Source of the DNA: Lama guanicoe
Taxonomy: Eukaryota
Direction: 5' to 3'
Assembly (NCBI GenBank): GCA_013239625.1
Contig: MU053994.1
Coordinates: forward strand, 623,775 to 687,774
DNA: 64,000 nt
Numbering within the stretch: the stretch's first letter is position 1; each line of letters starts with the position of its first letter. Below are positions 1 to 13,215 of this stretch, piece by piece. The translations under genes were made by a program, and so were the position numbers. Below the pieces are notes generated by a model that had not been told where the DNA came from, made no database searches, and saw only the letters and a list, made by a program, of their open reading frames with translations.

Positions 1-39
1 AAGTATCCAGGGTGGGGATCTATTGCCCCTACCCGGGTG

Positions 40-275
40 ATTCTCAGTGGGGAAGTGATTTTTCTCCTTTCCCTCCTCCTTCCTCCAGGGGTCATGTGAG
101 AATGTCTGAAGACATTTTTGGTTGTCGTAAGTGGGAGCTGGGGGAAGGTGTTACTGGCATCTAATGGGTAAAAGCCAAGGCTCTGCTGAGCCTCCTATAG
201 AACAAAGGACAGGACCCCACAACAAATAATTCTCTGGCCCCAAATGTCCATTGTGCCAAGTTTCAGAAACCCTGC
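40..275. mobile_element. hAT-Charlie MITE, MER20-like
   Basis: gacatttttggttgtc...tactggcatctaatgggta...ggccccaaatgtccattgtgccaag...gaaaccctg resembles the MER20 consensus. Confidence 0.7.
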
Positions 276-284
276 CCCAGAGCG

Positions 285-580
285 TGGTCCAGCAGCATCC
301 CAGCCTCCAACCCAGATCGGCTGAATCAGAATCCACATTTTCCCCCAGGTTCCCAGGTGATTCCCTGGCACCGTTCAAAGTTGGAGGAGCACAGCCTTAG
401 ACCCGCGGCTCTCTTTAAGCACTGCAGAATCGCCAGGGGGGCTCATCAAAGCAGGAAAGGGGCCCCATCCTCACAGTTTCTGATTCAGCAGGTCTGGGGT
501 GGGGCCAAGATTTCTGCCTTTCTAAAGAGCTCCAGTGTTGCTGTTGCCTCTCCCTGGACCACACCTGGACCACACCTAAG
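285..580. mobile_element. Two adjacent MER5-like hAT fragments in opposite orientation
   Basis: ctgaatcagaatccacatttt...cccaggtgattc and ttctgattcagcaggtctggggtggggccaaga motifs. Confidence 0.6.
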
Positions 581-1046
581 ATCCATCGCTCAACACACCC
601 AGAGCAAGATAAAACAGCCAAATCCTTTCCAGTGTAGCAAACTGAGCGCTTGCTAACTACCAGGGTCAACAGCAGAGGAACGACGTCTGTGTGCTGAGAC
701 ACGCAGATGCTCTCTGCCCGACTGGCCAACAAACGTCACCACCTCTGCTCAATGCTACAAGGCAGATCCCTGAACTAAAGCAGTGGGATTGCCCGGTAGC
801 TCCGCCAGCCTCCAGCTGCCTCAATTGCAAGCCAAGAAGGAGACAAAGTCAAATGAAAGCCATCAGCTGTGATGAGGCGAGGTCTGTGCTGAGCCAGAGA
901 GGTAGGGATGAAGAGAGCCACAGAAAGCCTAACTGGGTGCCTGCGCTTTACGCACAAGATATTGATGCTTCCTTAAAAATCCACTGTACAGAAACCCCCT
1001 GCTCCTCCCAAGTATGTGCCTCCTGAGAGTGGCGACATTTTCTTAC

Positions 1047-1223
1047 CCACACAGGAGGCTGGTCGGCCGCTCCAGGCCTTGTTGTCCATGCACGTGACTG
1101 TCCGCTCCCCTTTCAATGTGTATCCTGGTGAGCAATAGTACTCACACCGGGAGTTAAAGTAGGCACCATCGACACACTTAAACCCTCCATTTGCTGGCAT
1201 GGCAAGGGTAGGACATCGTTTTT
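1047..1223 (-). CDS. SRPX: SRPX exon 4, sushi/CCP domain 2 (QKRCPTLAMPANGGFKCVDGAYFNSRCEYYCSPGYTLKGERTVTCMDNKAWSGRPASCV)
   Basis: Acceptor tctcttttcag|AA and donor GTGG|GTAAGA; 177 nt, phase 1-1; frame continuous with exon 3 (C+AA=Gln); downstream exons lie beyond the window start. Confidence 0.97.
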
Positions 1224-1434
1224 CTGAAAAAGAGACAACCAGAGAGTCAGCATTTCTTAGTTTTTGTCCACGGAGTTTCAGAGTCCAGAAACTCTGAAAG
1301 CATAGGGTGAAAAATGAATTGAAATACAATGGATAGAATTAGAGAAACGATGGATGGTTGCATGTCACACAGAAGGGACACAAAGGTTCACATCAGACTA
1401 GCTCAGGTTGCCTTCCCAGCTAAACCACTGCCTT

Positions 1435-1740
1435 CAGCTGGGTTTCTCAGAAACAGACGCTGAGACCAGGATTTGTGTGCAGGTGGTTTAGTAAGGAAGT
1501 GCTCCCAGTGGGGCCCAGTGAGGGGTGGGGGAGGCAGGACAGGGGAGGGGACGAAGCCGGATTAGGGGGCATCTCTGGCGAAGCGAGCCTCAACCTGATC
1601 CAACAGGGGAGCTCTGGGGAGTGCAAGTCATTAAGAGCAAAGCGCTCAGGAGCTGGGGGATGGACACGCAGAACTGGTAGAAGGGCGTTCAGGGATATCT
1701 GGGGGAAGCGCTGAAAATGTCCACTGCAGTCGTCACACGG
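1435..1740. mobile_element. Old ERVL/MaLR-type solo LTR
   Basis: cagaaacagacgctgagaccaggatttgtgtgcaggtggtttagtaaggaagtgctccc is a typical ERVL-class LTR end (reverse complement of the polyA region). Confidence 0.45.
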
Positions 1741-2603
1741 CTGCAGCTCCAAGCCTCCGCTTCCCCAACTATAAACTAATGGCGCCCGCATCAATAGCGC
1801 TGTTGCAAAACTTGCATGTATGTATGCAATATAATGTATCTGTGCAGTCAAACTGTAATAATTCTACCTAATGAAATTGAAAACAGAAAAAAAAAAACCA
1901 AAAACAGAACAAAAAACTTGCACGCATGTGAAATGCGTGGCGCACAGCAGGTGCTCCGTCACCACAGCTGTTTTGAATCGCGCTGGCATCTAAAATGCGC
2001 TTCAACAATGCCGTGCCGCTTGCGGTTTCCCAAATGAGATCCGACTTTTCCTGAAGCTAAAAGTCAGTCCCTGAAATACTCTTCCAGTCTTCTCCCCTGA
2101 GGCGCACTGCCTTTCAAGGAATAAGCATCTTTCTGAAGTAATTCTTCCCCTGCCTCCCTAAGCTCTACCCCTTGGGAGAGCGCTTGTCTCTGCTGCCGGG
2201 ATTCCGGGGCGTAGCATCGTTCCTGTACTTCTACCTCCGTTTACACCCCTGCCCGCGGTCTCTGATGCTATTCTGTGAGACCCCTGATGGCAGAGCCTGT
2301 GTGTCCTGTTTCTAAATCCCCAACTCCTTTCCAGGACCCGGCATTTACTGAACAGACATAACCTCCGTGCTAAACAAACCTCTGTTCTCTCCCCCTTTCC
2401 AAACAGCTAGCTGATCATACCCTTCCGTCTGATGCGCATCATCTCACTTCTGCTGTATCTTAGAAACTCACTGCCTTCTGCTCACAAGGGGACTTTTTAT
2501 CATCAAAGACCACAACACACTGAGTAAAATTCCCTGGTCTCAGAGCAAAAGAACTTTGGTCCCGATCGGCCCTGGGGTCCCAACATGGGGCTGGGCTACT
2601 CAC

Positions 2604-2795
2604 GCTTGCAGATGACCTTGTCGGACCACCGTTTGTTTGACTGGCAGATCAGCTGGGAAGAGCCGTGCAGCTCGTAGCCCTTCCGGCAGCGAATGTCACA
2701 CCTGGTTCCCAGGGCTGTTTTGTAGTATCCTCCTTGAGGGGCCCTGCAGTACACATCCCCATACTTCACCTTGATGGGGGAGCACCATGGGGCGT
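2604..2795 (-). CDS. SRPX: SRPX exon 3, sushi/CCP domain 1 (DAPWCSPIKVKYGDVYCRAPQGGYYKTALGTRCDIRCRKGYELHGSSQLICQSNKRWSDKVICK)
   Basis: Acceptor ctgtag|AC and donor AAGC|GTGAGT; 192 nt, phase 1-1; CCP pattern C..GY.L.G....C...W with the six Cys typical of SRPX repeats. Confidence 0.97.
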
Positions 2796-2959
2796 CTACA
2801 GGTAGCAGAAACAAAGGAGAGGAGAAATAGAAAGTGACACCTTCAGAAAACATGTCTCCTCATTCTCAAAGCCCCTGGCTGGCTGCATTCCAGGTTTTGA
2901 ACCTCCAGATAGCGCCCCATGTCTTTTAAGGTGTCTCTCAGTGGAAGGGTTATGATCAT

Positions 2960-3165
2960 GGGACTAGGTGTCAGACATATGTGAACATGGGTCCAGGTTC
3001 CTCCATTAATAGCTACGTGACCTTGGACAAGTTACTTAACCTCTCTGAGTCAGTACCTCTACCTACGTCATAGGGCTTTTATAAGGACCAAGCGGAGGGG
3101 GAGAAGCATATCAAGCACCTAGCACAGTGCCTAGCACATAGTAAACGTTCAATAAATGCTTTCTT
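2960..3165. mobile_element. MIR/L2-type ancient repeat
   Basis: gtgaccttggacaagttacttaacctctctgag core and agcacagtgcctagcacatagtaaacgttcaataaatg tail. Confidence 0.65.
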
Positions 3166-6069
3166 TTTAGTATTTCCCTTAACTAATAATTCTCTTGAGG
3201 GCAACTGATACTGTTGTGAACTCTAACTCCAACCATCTCACATAGTGGCAGAGCAGTCAATAATTGGTTAATTTAGATTTTCTTCCAAGTCTGTATCATA
3301 GTCACTGTAAAAACTCATAACACAATCTTAATTAATGTTAAGGAAGCTACAATTTCCAGGGGTTTGCCATAGGATATAATTTGGACAGTCACAGAACAAT
3401 TGCTCCCCACAGGGAGACAACTTCCCTTTTCAGATGTCCCCAGTGAAGTCCCATTTCGGTAAGAGAGGACACCCTTCTCAAATGGCACAGTTCCAGGGTG
3501 TTATGATTTTGGCCTCACACTTGCCCAGAGCACAGCTAGGATGACACAAATTAATCAAAACCCCTCCCCTGGGCCTTTGGAAGATGCTCGCTGAGAGCCA
3601 TAAAATTAGTACGGCAAGACTAGCTCCTCGAAAGTTCCCAGAGTGGCCAGTGCATAATCAGTGGGGACCGGAAACGAGCTCCTTCTAGCCTGTCTGGCTC
3701 TCCAAGCCATGAACAGGCACCCCCTCCCTACAGCTGCCCAGCTCCTCGCTCCACCCCAGCACCTGTGAGCTCTCAGCGAGTGGGATTCGTGCGCCATCAT
3801 GTGGCCAGGAAGGAGGAAATTCACTGTTCGACTTTCCTAGGAATTCTATTCTGAGGATGCGTTTCTGGCTGCTTCTCAGCCCTGAAAACCAGCAGTTATG
3901 TCCAAGTCTTATGCATAGACTGTTTTTGTTTTTTTTTTTAACTTTTATGCTTTCACATATCCTTTGGCTCATATTTTCATCCTATACTGTTTTGCAGACA
4001 GCTGAAAATGGGTATTAAAGTCGGGACTCAAGCAATATTCCCTGCACTTTCTGGGGAAAAGTGATGTCCCAGGCTTAGTCTAGAGCTGATTAAATTTGAC
4101 CACGTGGATACAGACTTGTAGGAGCTTCCACTAGGCCTACAGGCCTTCCTTGAGCAAAGTTTCCTTCTTCTGGGGTTTACACATATAGTCTGTTTGTGCT
4201 AACATTTTTAAATGAGAAAAATCTGGACCCTGAAGCAAGGTACAAAATAGCATCTCCATTATTTTCTTCAAAGCATAAAAGAATTCTTGAACCAGTTTGA
4301 GATGTTCTTTCTTTGGTGATGGCTCCAGGTAAGCCATGAAGCTAAAAGATTTCAAGATCACAGGTAAATGAGGAGCCTCTGGGGAATGCTGGCTTAGCAC
4401 TGCCAAGTTGTGGCTATTTCTTCTATAATCAAAAGTCCTTAAGGCAAATTCTGGAAAAACCCATAGATGCCTACTACTCAAATAAAACTGAGATTTGGAA
4501 ACTACTGGCTTCTGTGACCACTGGAGGTGGTCTATTTCTCTCTCTCTCTTTCTGTCTTTCTTTCCCAACTGTAATAGGAAGGACCACCTACAAGGAAGCT
4601 CCCAAATGCACTTTTTATAGTTTACAGTCAGAGGACTTTCACGGTGTTGAATCTTACAAATCATCTGTCAGTTTACCTCTCTATCCCGGTCATCTCGGCC
4701 TGCCTCACTTCCTTTTAGTTCCCCTGTCTGCCCTGTCCCCCATCTGGACTGCAAGATCTCTGTTCTCCCCCAGCTCTAACCTGCTTCTTCTCTTGCCAAC
4801 TGGTCTCCTTCACTGCCCCCTCCCCCACCATCTCACAGGTCACACTATAGCACCCTTGACTGATAACTGGGTTCCAGAGAGAAAATGAAATCCCCACTGG
4901 AGGTGGCAGCAGGGTGATGAGGTGAGAATGAATATGGGAGACCCAGACGGAGAAGATGGAAACATAGTGAGCTGCTGGAGTATGGGGGATATGATACTGG
5001 GCAGACTGGAGAGGTCTGGGCACACATTCTAACTCTGTCATCTCCTAGTAACCCTGGACAACTCAATACATTTTTCAGGGAACCAGATTCCTAACCTATA
5101 AGAGATAGGAGTGGATTACATTATTTCCAATGTCCCATCTAGCATAGCTTTAAAGTTGTAGGATTCAAATTCTGTCTTATTCCTCCCCGATCCCCTACCC
5201 ATCTCACAGCCATGCCAACCTCCTTACTCCTTCTGACTGTTAACTTTTCTCATCTCCTGTAACCCTTCCAGCTGAAGGCAAGTCCTTTTTGCATTCTGGG
5301 TCTTGATCACAATTCCATGGATGTACAAATTGGAAGAGTATCCAATTCTTGTTTTTTCACTCAAATGTTGAACATACTCACATCCTCCAGCTTCTGGACT
5401 GTGACGTGAGTTTAGGAGGGACACAATTTTACAGTAAACTAATATGAGACAGCATACCTGCAATTCTTAGCACACACATTATGGCTGTCTTTCCCACAAA
5501 TGTGCCCAGGACAAACATTGAAGGCTAACAGGTACATTAGAGAATGACGTGTGTATACACGTATCACAAATTCACATAGTTCAGGACAACAACGCACTCA
5601 GCAGATTTTTTTTTTAACTCAGATATTCTGAGTCTTCAAATCCTCCTAGCAGTGTTGGCAACGTGTCCAAAAGCTGTGCTGTTGTCAGCATGTGGGGGAA
5701 AAAAATCTTGTTTTTATTTATTTGCCCCCCCCCCAAATTTTTTTTCTTTTGGATTACCTTCCAAGACAAATCTTTGGAAGATATTTTGACATTTTAACAG
5801 CTCTGCAGTGATAATATTTAAAAAGTCAGTGAGTGACTAGAATTTGAAGTGCATGTAAGCATCATAAATTAAAGTGAGTTAGTGAAATGTTTAACATAGA
5901 GGTTTAGAGAAAAGAAGTTCTAATGCTGCTTCAATTAATTAAGATAGGGTTCATTTAAGGAGAAACCTAAATCAATTTTTCAGGAAAGTTTCTTCTTCTT
6001 CCTGGGCTGCTGTGAAGGTCCTAGAGTAAGCAGTGTCATGTAGCAGACTAATGAGGAGCCACTGGTAAA

Positions 6070-6315
6070 CTCTGGATGTTGAGCTAAAACATCTGGATTT
6101 CAGACCCAAACGTAATGTCTGCTAGCTGCGTGACACTGGGCAAGTCACCTCCCCGCTCTAATCTGTGGTTCCTTCACCTGTAAATCAGTAATAGCAACCT
6201 ATCTCTACACGCCTTCCTTCTTCCCTCAATTAGTGTGAAGGTATGATGGTATTCCCTGTAAAAGAATCAAAAACAATTCTTGCCACATTCTGGGAACACA
6301 ATAAATGTTGGTTTC
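6070..6315. mobile_element. MIR-type ancient SINE
   Basis: ctagctgcgtgacactgggcaagtcacct...ttccttcacctgtaaa core. Confidence 0.5.
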
Positions 6316-7888
6316 ATTTCACTTTCTTCCTTCTTTCATAAATTTTGTAAATTACAAATTTAACTTACTTAAATACCACTTATTGAGTATATACTCTGTG
6401 CCAGACACTGTGTAGGGGCCTGAGGATCTAGAACTAATCCCCCAGTTAACAATGGCTTGCCTCTGTTTTAAAACAAAACAAAAAAAATGACCATGAAAAT
6501 AATTTCCTAAGAAGCATTAATTCTTAAACATTTAGGGTAGGCTCTAGGGAAGGCACATATTTTGGCCATCTGGTCTACCTTCCGCATTGGCACTGCTGCG
6601 AGATGAGGATGAATACTGGGAACAATGATCCCAGGGCACTAGACAACCCCTCTTGCACATATGAAGGGTCACATTCGCACACATGTATTTCAGAAAGATT
6701 TTTCAATAAGGGACTCAAAAAATATATTTTTCAAAACTCTCAATTCATTAAGAAGTGTTAGGAATCAGAATGTCATCTTATCCCAAACATCTAATTAACA
6801 AGTTTGTGCTTTGCTTGATTGGTTAATTCCTGAGGAAATAATATAGGAGCTGGGCATAGGAATGAGTATGTATATTCACAGGTCATAAGCAAATGTGGAA
6901 TATGGTAGGGAGCACCTCTGGACAAAGGCACCAGTCATTATATTAGAAAGGTTGCTCATTTACGTGAAAAACAACGGAAGGACTCTCTTCAACCAAAGGC
7001 TGACCAGCACTACCCTGATTCTCCTATAACTTAGACACGTCACAACAGAGCAGGAGGGTATCCTTTTGCCAGGATGTAGACAAACTTCCTGGGCAAAATG
7101 CCACAATGGAAATTTATTAACCAATTTTCCTCAAATTATTTCTCAACTGTAAAAGGATCTGGATTCAGGGAGAAATAATCTAAATTTACCCTCACTTTTC
7201 CCAGGGCTCCCTAAGCTTTGGAGAAATGACTCACCAGTAGGAATATTTGTGGACAGACTTACCTGAGCCTGCATAGAAGGTTCTTGATTAGGCTTTTTCT
7301 ATCTGCTGGGGTGGGGGTGGGGGCTGCTAGAAATGTATAGAGATGGAGTTCTTTATCATTAAAGTTTCATTGGGCAACACACTTTACTCATCATTTCAGG
7401 AGCCAAACTAGACTCAGAAAGTGCACGATGAAATGAGCTTATGAAAATCAAGTTTTCTCATTCCCCATTCATCTCAATACATTAGCAGCACTGGGTCCAG
7501 ATTTGACCTTGAGTGGTTTACTCTGGACGATTCTGGCTGTAATGTATGAATCAGGCAGAACTCATGGCTTGATTTTCACTTTTCATCAGCTAGAGCTTGG
7601 CTTTGCAGAAGTAAGGACAGTAAAGAAATTTATGAGAATAAAATGACCACTGGGTTGCTGAAGGACAGCACTTGAGAGATTTCCAAATGCTTTCTGTTTT
7701 CTTTCATTTGTTTTTCTTTTAACTGGGAGCATATGCGTATTAATTTTTAACTGTTTTGTTTTCCGGACAGGTCATTAGAACTTAAAATGTGTTGTCTGGT
7801 CACTTTATTATAGTCTGCTCGGCAGGGCAAAAAGGAAAGTTCCCCTGGCATCAGCAGGTCTTCATTAGCACATAAGCAAAGCATTCAC

Positions 7889-7948
7889 CTTTATATCTAG
7901 TGTGTGAATACCCGACTTCATCGTCTTCTAGCGGTGAGTCTCCAGATC
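7889..7948 (-). CDS. SRPX: SRPX exon 2 (60 nt; G-SGDSPLEDDEVGYSHTRYK-D)
   Basis: Acceptor tttctgttctttttttattgtag|GA and donor AAAG|GTGAAT; phase 1-1; joins exon 1 in frame (G+GA=Gly). Confidence 0.95.
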
Positions 7949-8735
7949 CTACAATAAAAAAAGAACAGAAACTGCAGCAAGAAAAGCCACACGATATGGA
8001 CGAATATTTCGAAGCATTGCTTTGGCACAGTTCATGCAAGAGGGGCTATTAGAACGCAGAGCCAAGAGTAAAAGCTTCTGTGGCCATTCATGAAGGGACA
8101 GGGGACCTCTCAGAGTGAACCTGGCTGGGCCGAGAGTGCCAGAGCCAATCAAGATGAGCCTCAAACTGTTGTGGAATCACCACATGCCAACTGGAATTCT
8201 GGACTTGGGATTGAGAGAAAGTCAACTTCACTCTGAGAAGATGCCAATGTATATGAATCTCATGCCAGGGGAGACGCAGTAAAATGTGTGTGACTCAGAC
8301 ATGGCCCACGGTTTCTCCAGCAGTCAAAGCAAACCTGGTAGAACTGGGTGTTTATGGTACCTGAAAATCAGTTCATCTTGTAAAATGAACTTGGGTGGAG
8401 GGTCAGGAGGCAAATCAAATGTCTTATCTTAATGGCGAAAGAAATACAAAGCTGCCTCGGTATATTTGCAGGAAATGAAGGCTGAAATTGGTGATCTGGA
8501 TGTTTATTCAAAACCTCTCACCAAGGCATAGCTAAAGGCAAATTTCTTGATGAGCCTTGCTACTCTTGAAAACCACAGCCTCAGAGAGAAAGTCTGGATT
8601 TAATTTTTAAATTTAAACTCATTTGTAAGTTGGAACTGAATCATTTTTTAAAATGTTAAATATTGAATTCCAGTAAACGGGAGATGCTTCATCTTCAACA
8701 CAGTACCAGGCCCCAAGCTTCAAAGCACTAATCTT

Positions 8736-8885
8736 TTTTTTTTTTAAGTTTCATTTTGTGTGGGATGGGTGTAATTTAGACTTGTTTGTTTGTTTGTTTG
8801 TTTGTTACCAGCTGCCCTGAGGACTGAACCCAGGACCTCGTGCATGCTAAGCATGTGCTCTATCACTGAGCTCTACCCGCCCCCC
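8736..8885 (-). mobile_element. tRNA-Ala-derived camelid SINE (Vic-1-like)
   Basis: Reverse complement of the gggtagagctcagtgatagagcacatgcttagcatgcacgaggtcctgggttca head; (TTTG)n; poly-T; TSD tcaaagcactaatctt (8720-8735) / tcaaagcagtaaactt (8886-8901). Confidence 0.88.
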
Positions 8886-9269
8886 TCAAAGCAGTAAACT
8901 TAAATTTAGAGATCTTTCCCTCCAGCCTTCCTAATCTGATCGCTGACTCTTGAGTTAGCAGTGTCTTGATCACACATTTACCTGCAGGGACTACAACCAT
9001 CACAGATAAGAACACTCTCTTTTATGAGGTTATTTGAATTTCCAGGATTCAAATAACAGGATAAGTGAATCGAGTAATGGTCCTGCTCCACTGGTATTCT
9101 GGATGAGAAATGGTGTGTGGAACTGAAAGTGGGGAGGTGATGAAGGCCGGACTACGTCCATTTGGAAAGTACCCCCACCAACCAGAGAAGCCCACCTTCA
9201 GGTTTCTTCGCCTGGTCTCTGGCCACCCAGACAGATACAGAATTACACAAACTGTTCCTTATTCCATAT

Positions 9270-9750
9270 CAAAAAGTGAACATAAAACCCTTCAAGAAAG
9301 CAATCCAGCAACATGAATCAAAAGCCTATGTTCAAACCCCTTGATTCAGTGATTCCACTTCTAGGAATCTATCCCAAAGAAATAATATTGAATATTAGAA
9401 AAAGAGTTTACACACCAAGATTGGTTTGCAATGTTATTTACAACAGCAAAAGACTATAAACTGGCTAAATAGTATTATGGCTAAATAAACCATAGTACGT
9501 TCATTGGGTATAATAAAATGTAGCCATTAAAATGTTGACTAACAGTTACAATAGCATAGAAAAATGTTATACCATTAAGTGAAAAACGTGCTATAATAAA
9601 ATTATATAAATGGTGTGATTTATAACAATGTTAAACAAATTCAAAAGAAACAATGCATAGAACAGTCTATGATCATTAGATGCTCTTCTTCCTTCTCTTC
9701 TAAATTGTCTATTATACACATGTATTACTTTCATAATGGAAAAAAAAAAC
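9270..9750 (+). mobile_element. Old L1 (L1M-type) 3' fragment
   Basis: ccttgattcagtgattccacttctaggaatctatccc...tgcaatgttatttacaacagcaaaa is a degenerate ORF2 3' end/UTR. Confidence 0.6.
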
Positions 9751-10057
9751 CTTATGCATGTAACGTGAAGAAGTCTCATGTCCAAAATACATTTTGAATA
9801 TATTAGAAACGTTTAAGAATCTACAGTTCCTCCCCTCCTGCCCTGCCTGCATTTCCCTCCATAGTCAGAGCTGAACTGGAATTCCTCCAAGAACTGCTGA
9901 ATTCTCCAACTCCATATGGCATATTTCTAAGTGTTGAGAGATCTGTCTTATATTAAGAGCACTTCCCTCTTTCCCAAGTCATCGTGGCCTCCATACCATC
10001 TATCTAGGCAGTAAGAGGCTCTGGACCCATTCCTGGCTCTAAGCAAAGAAGACAACT

Positions 10058-10445
10058 GTCACAGATTGGGCTCTCTGGAAAGTATCTTCTGAGATGGAGT
10101 TTAGCGCACAGGATGTTGGTTAGGGATCAACACCTGTGAAAGGGATAAGAAGGAAGCATGTTTGGACAGAGGGAGAAGCCAAGCTTTGATGTCTGCTCAG
10201 TGACAGCTTCCTATGGTGGCTAAAATGGCCGAGCCTCTATATCCCTCCCTCAATCAGCCATCGGATACCACCCACCTTGAAAAGGACATGAACGTGGGTG
10301 AAGCACTCCCAACAGCTGAAGCAACCTATGAAGGGACTGAAAGCTGACGGGTGTCTGAGGATCGCATTACCTCCAGCGGAGACAACCACCCCTTCCTTGA
10401 AGGAAGAGCTGATCGGCGCATCTCCATGACCATCACAACAACACT
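10058..10445. mobile_element. Old ERVL-class solo LTR (LTR16/MLT-like)
   Basis: TG...CA ends (tgtcacagattggg...catcacaaca) and ctgagatggagtttagcgcacaggatgtt motif. Confidence 0.5.
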
Positions 10446-10859
10446 GGCTCATTAAGAATTAACTGAAGATGTGTTAACTCATGAGGAGGGGACCCTCTGT
10501 AGAGACGGAAAGGGACTGCGATCTACTGGAGAGACAGGTGTGCCTGGGGTGCGTGGCCCCACTTTACCAGTACATCAGTATTCTGAGACATATTCATCAT
10601 ATACTGTGTATTATAGTGAAAATTAAACATCTAACAATAGGAGAATGTGCAAACAAATGATCTTATATCAACAAGCTATTCTAAAGCCACGAAATCAAGT
10701 TTGGAATGGGAAAATCTGTATGAAATACAGCTAAGCAGAAAAGCAGATACTGCAAACTGTATTCAAGATGAAGTATGGAACTGAATATATATTATATACT
10801 ATATGTTACATATATAATGTTGACACTTATTCATATGTCAAATTTGGAATATTTTAAGG

Positions 10860-10914
10860 TAGGATTACTAATCAGTGGGGAAAAAGGTCAATAAATATGC
10901 TGGGATTAATCAGC

Positions 10915-10967
<53 letters not shown>

Positions 10968-12070
10968 TATACCATACCAAAAAATCATTTCCAGACAGTT
11001 TATAGACCTAAATTTGAAAGCCAAAATTTTGAGAAAAATGAAGAATATCTGCATAACCGTGAGGTAGGGAAAGACTATCAAAACAAACCTTACAAACCAT
11101 AACCCATAAAGAAAAATACTGCTACACTTCACTGCACAAAAATGTAAAACTCCTAAGCAGTAAAAGACATATAAACAAAGCTTAAAGACAAGACCCAGAC
11201 TGGCAGAAAATATTTGCAATGTTTGTCAGGCAGAATTATTACCCAGAATATATAAAGAAGATAGTCCGACAGAAAAAAATGACAAAGATGAACAGGAGCT
11301 TTGTAGAAAAAGTATCTGAATCTGAAGCAAATGCCACAAAATGTTAATATGAAAGAATCTTCAACCTCACTAGTATTTAGGACAATATATATCTAAGAGA
11401 CCAATTCGCAATCATCAGACTGGGAAAAATGTAACTGCCAAAGAGGTCAGGAGGCAGTTCACAAGCTCTGCTGGTGGAAATACAATTGTTCAACTAGGCT
11501 GGAGAGGAATTTTGCACTACATCTGAACCTACCCTTCAGATCAGCCATTCCATTCCTAGACATAGGCCTCAGGAGATCCGGCAGACTGCAAGTGTAAGCA
11601 TGTGCAAGCCTGCTCCTTCCAGCATTGCCATTAGTCAAAACCAATGTATAACACCATTCCTAGAAAAAAATGGTGGTGTATTCAGATAACAGGAAGCTGT
11701 AAAAGTTAAAATGAGTGAACTTGCTCTACATGAAACGACAAAATCTCAAACACACCATGTATAGTTAATAATCTATCTAGAGTGTGAGATCAAGTATATA
11801 AAATTTTAAATTGCAGAAACTAATACTATAGTTTTCTATAGATATGCACTAAACTTATACTGGATTGGAAAGATACACATCAACTTCGTATTAATGGTTT
11901 CCTCTGGGCAGGGAGGAAGGGGAAGGAACTCAAAAATGCACACACCGGGGCCACTGATCTCTTACTTCTTACAAACATAAAAGATCTGAAGCAAATGTGA
12001 GAAAATGTTCATATCAGTTGAATCTAGATGATGATTACTTTTCTTATATTTGAAATACTTTATTTAAAAA
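10860..12070 (+). mobile_element. Old L1 (L1ME-like) ORF2 3'/UTR fragment
   Basis: gactggcagaaaatatttgcaa, tcaacctcactagtatt and cagccattccattcctag are degenerate L1 motifs. Confidence 0.6.
10918..10961. repeat. (AC)22 microsatellite
   Basis: Uninterrupted dinucleotide run. Confidence 0.97.
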
Positions 12071-12737
12071 AAGAAGAGAGGGAAGGAGGGAGAAAAGAAG
12101 TGGGGAAGGTGGCTGGAAGAACACACCATCACCCTCCATGTTGGAGCAGTAGAATTAATGGGTGAAAATTTCCCCCCTTTTTTCTATCTTTTCCGTTTTT
12201 CTTCATTGAGCATATCATTATTTAAAAGTTTGGAAAAAAACATATTGAATAGCTAAAGGCAAAAAATGCTGGACTGTCGTATCCAATACGTATAATTCGT
12301 TTCACACTATTCCAAGTCCTCACATCCCAAAGCCTTGCTACACATCTAAAAGGACTGCTACACAGTCAAGTTCAGGGCCAGCGGTCAGAAGATTTTCGGC
12401 TGAGGATGGTAGAATGGAAGGATAAAAAGAACCTGGGATCTGTGATGACTTTATTGGGCTACTAAGTTAATCCTAGATCTCTGACCTCCATACTTCTTGC
12501 TCCATCACTAACAAATGTCCTCTCAATGTGAGCCACTGTGAATAGCATTGTTTGTGACTTGCGGCTGAAAGCATGCAAACTGATTCACAAATAAACAGGA
12601 AATTTCCTGTCTATTGTTGACAGGAGATAAAAGAAGTGAAAACAAAATAAATGGACATTAGCTCCCCCTTCCTGAATACTTCCAGTTTTTATGTAGCCGA
12701 AACTCATACATCAACTTCTATAAAAAAAATGATGACC

Positions 12738-12973
12738 ATAGAGACAGAAGGTAGATTATAGAGGTTACCAGAAGCTGGAGGAAGAGGGGAATGGGAAGTT
12801 ATTGCTTAGTGGTTACAGAGTTTCTGTTTGGGGTTATGAAAGGGTTTTGAAAAGAGATAGCAATGATGGTTACACGACGATGTGAACGTAATTAATGTCA
12901 CTTAATTATATACTTAAAAATGGTTAAAATGGCAAACTTTGTTTCATATATTTTTTTTTACCACAATAAAAAA
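12738..12973 (+). mobile_element. L1MB-like 3' UTR fragment
   Basis: atagagacagaaggtagatta...ggttacagagtttctgtttggg...acttaaaaatggttaaaatgg...accacaataaaaaa. Confidence 0.75.
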
Positions 12974-13065
12974 AGATCTAGGAAAGAATTTGAGAAAAAA
13001 AAATGACGACCAGTCTACAAAATGGACATCATGAAGGATACAATAAGATCAAAGACCACTGACCA

Positions 13066-13215
13066 AGTACAGGGAACTATGTTCTATATCCTGTAACAAC
13101 CTTTAATGAAAAAATATGAAAATGAATATATGTATGTATATGCATGACTGGGACATTGTGCTGTGCACCAGAAATTGACACATTGTAACTGACTATACTT
13201 CAGTTAAAAAAGAAA
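13066..13215 (+). mobile_element. Short 5'-truncated lineage-specific L1 3' end
   Basis: Homologous to the L1 tail at 16505-16640; A-tail; perfect 15-bp TSD aaagaccactgacca at 13051-13065 and 13216-13230. Confidence 0.92.

Noticed and set aside
4137..4664. 175-aa minus-strand ORF in intron 2
   Set aside because: No recognisable domain or codon pattern; exons 2 and 3 already join in frame without it
4892..4912. CTCF-like motif ccactggaggtggcagc
   Set aside because: Mismatches in the core; not supportable without a matrix scan or ChIP data
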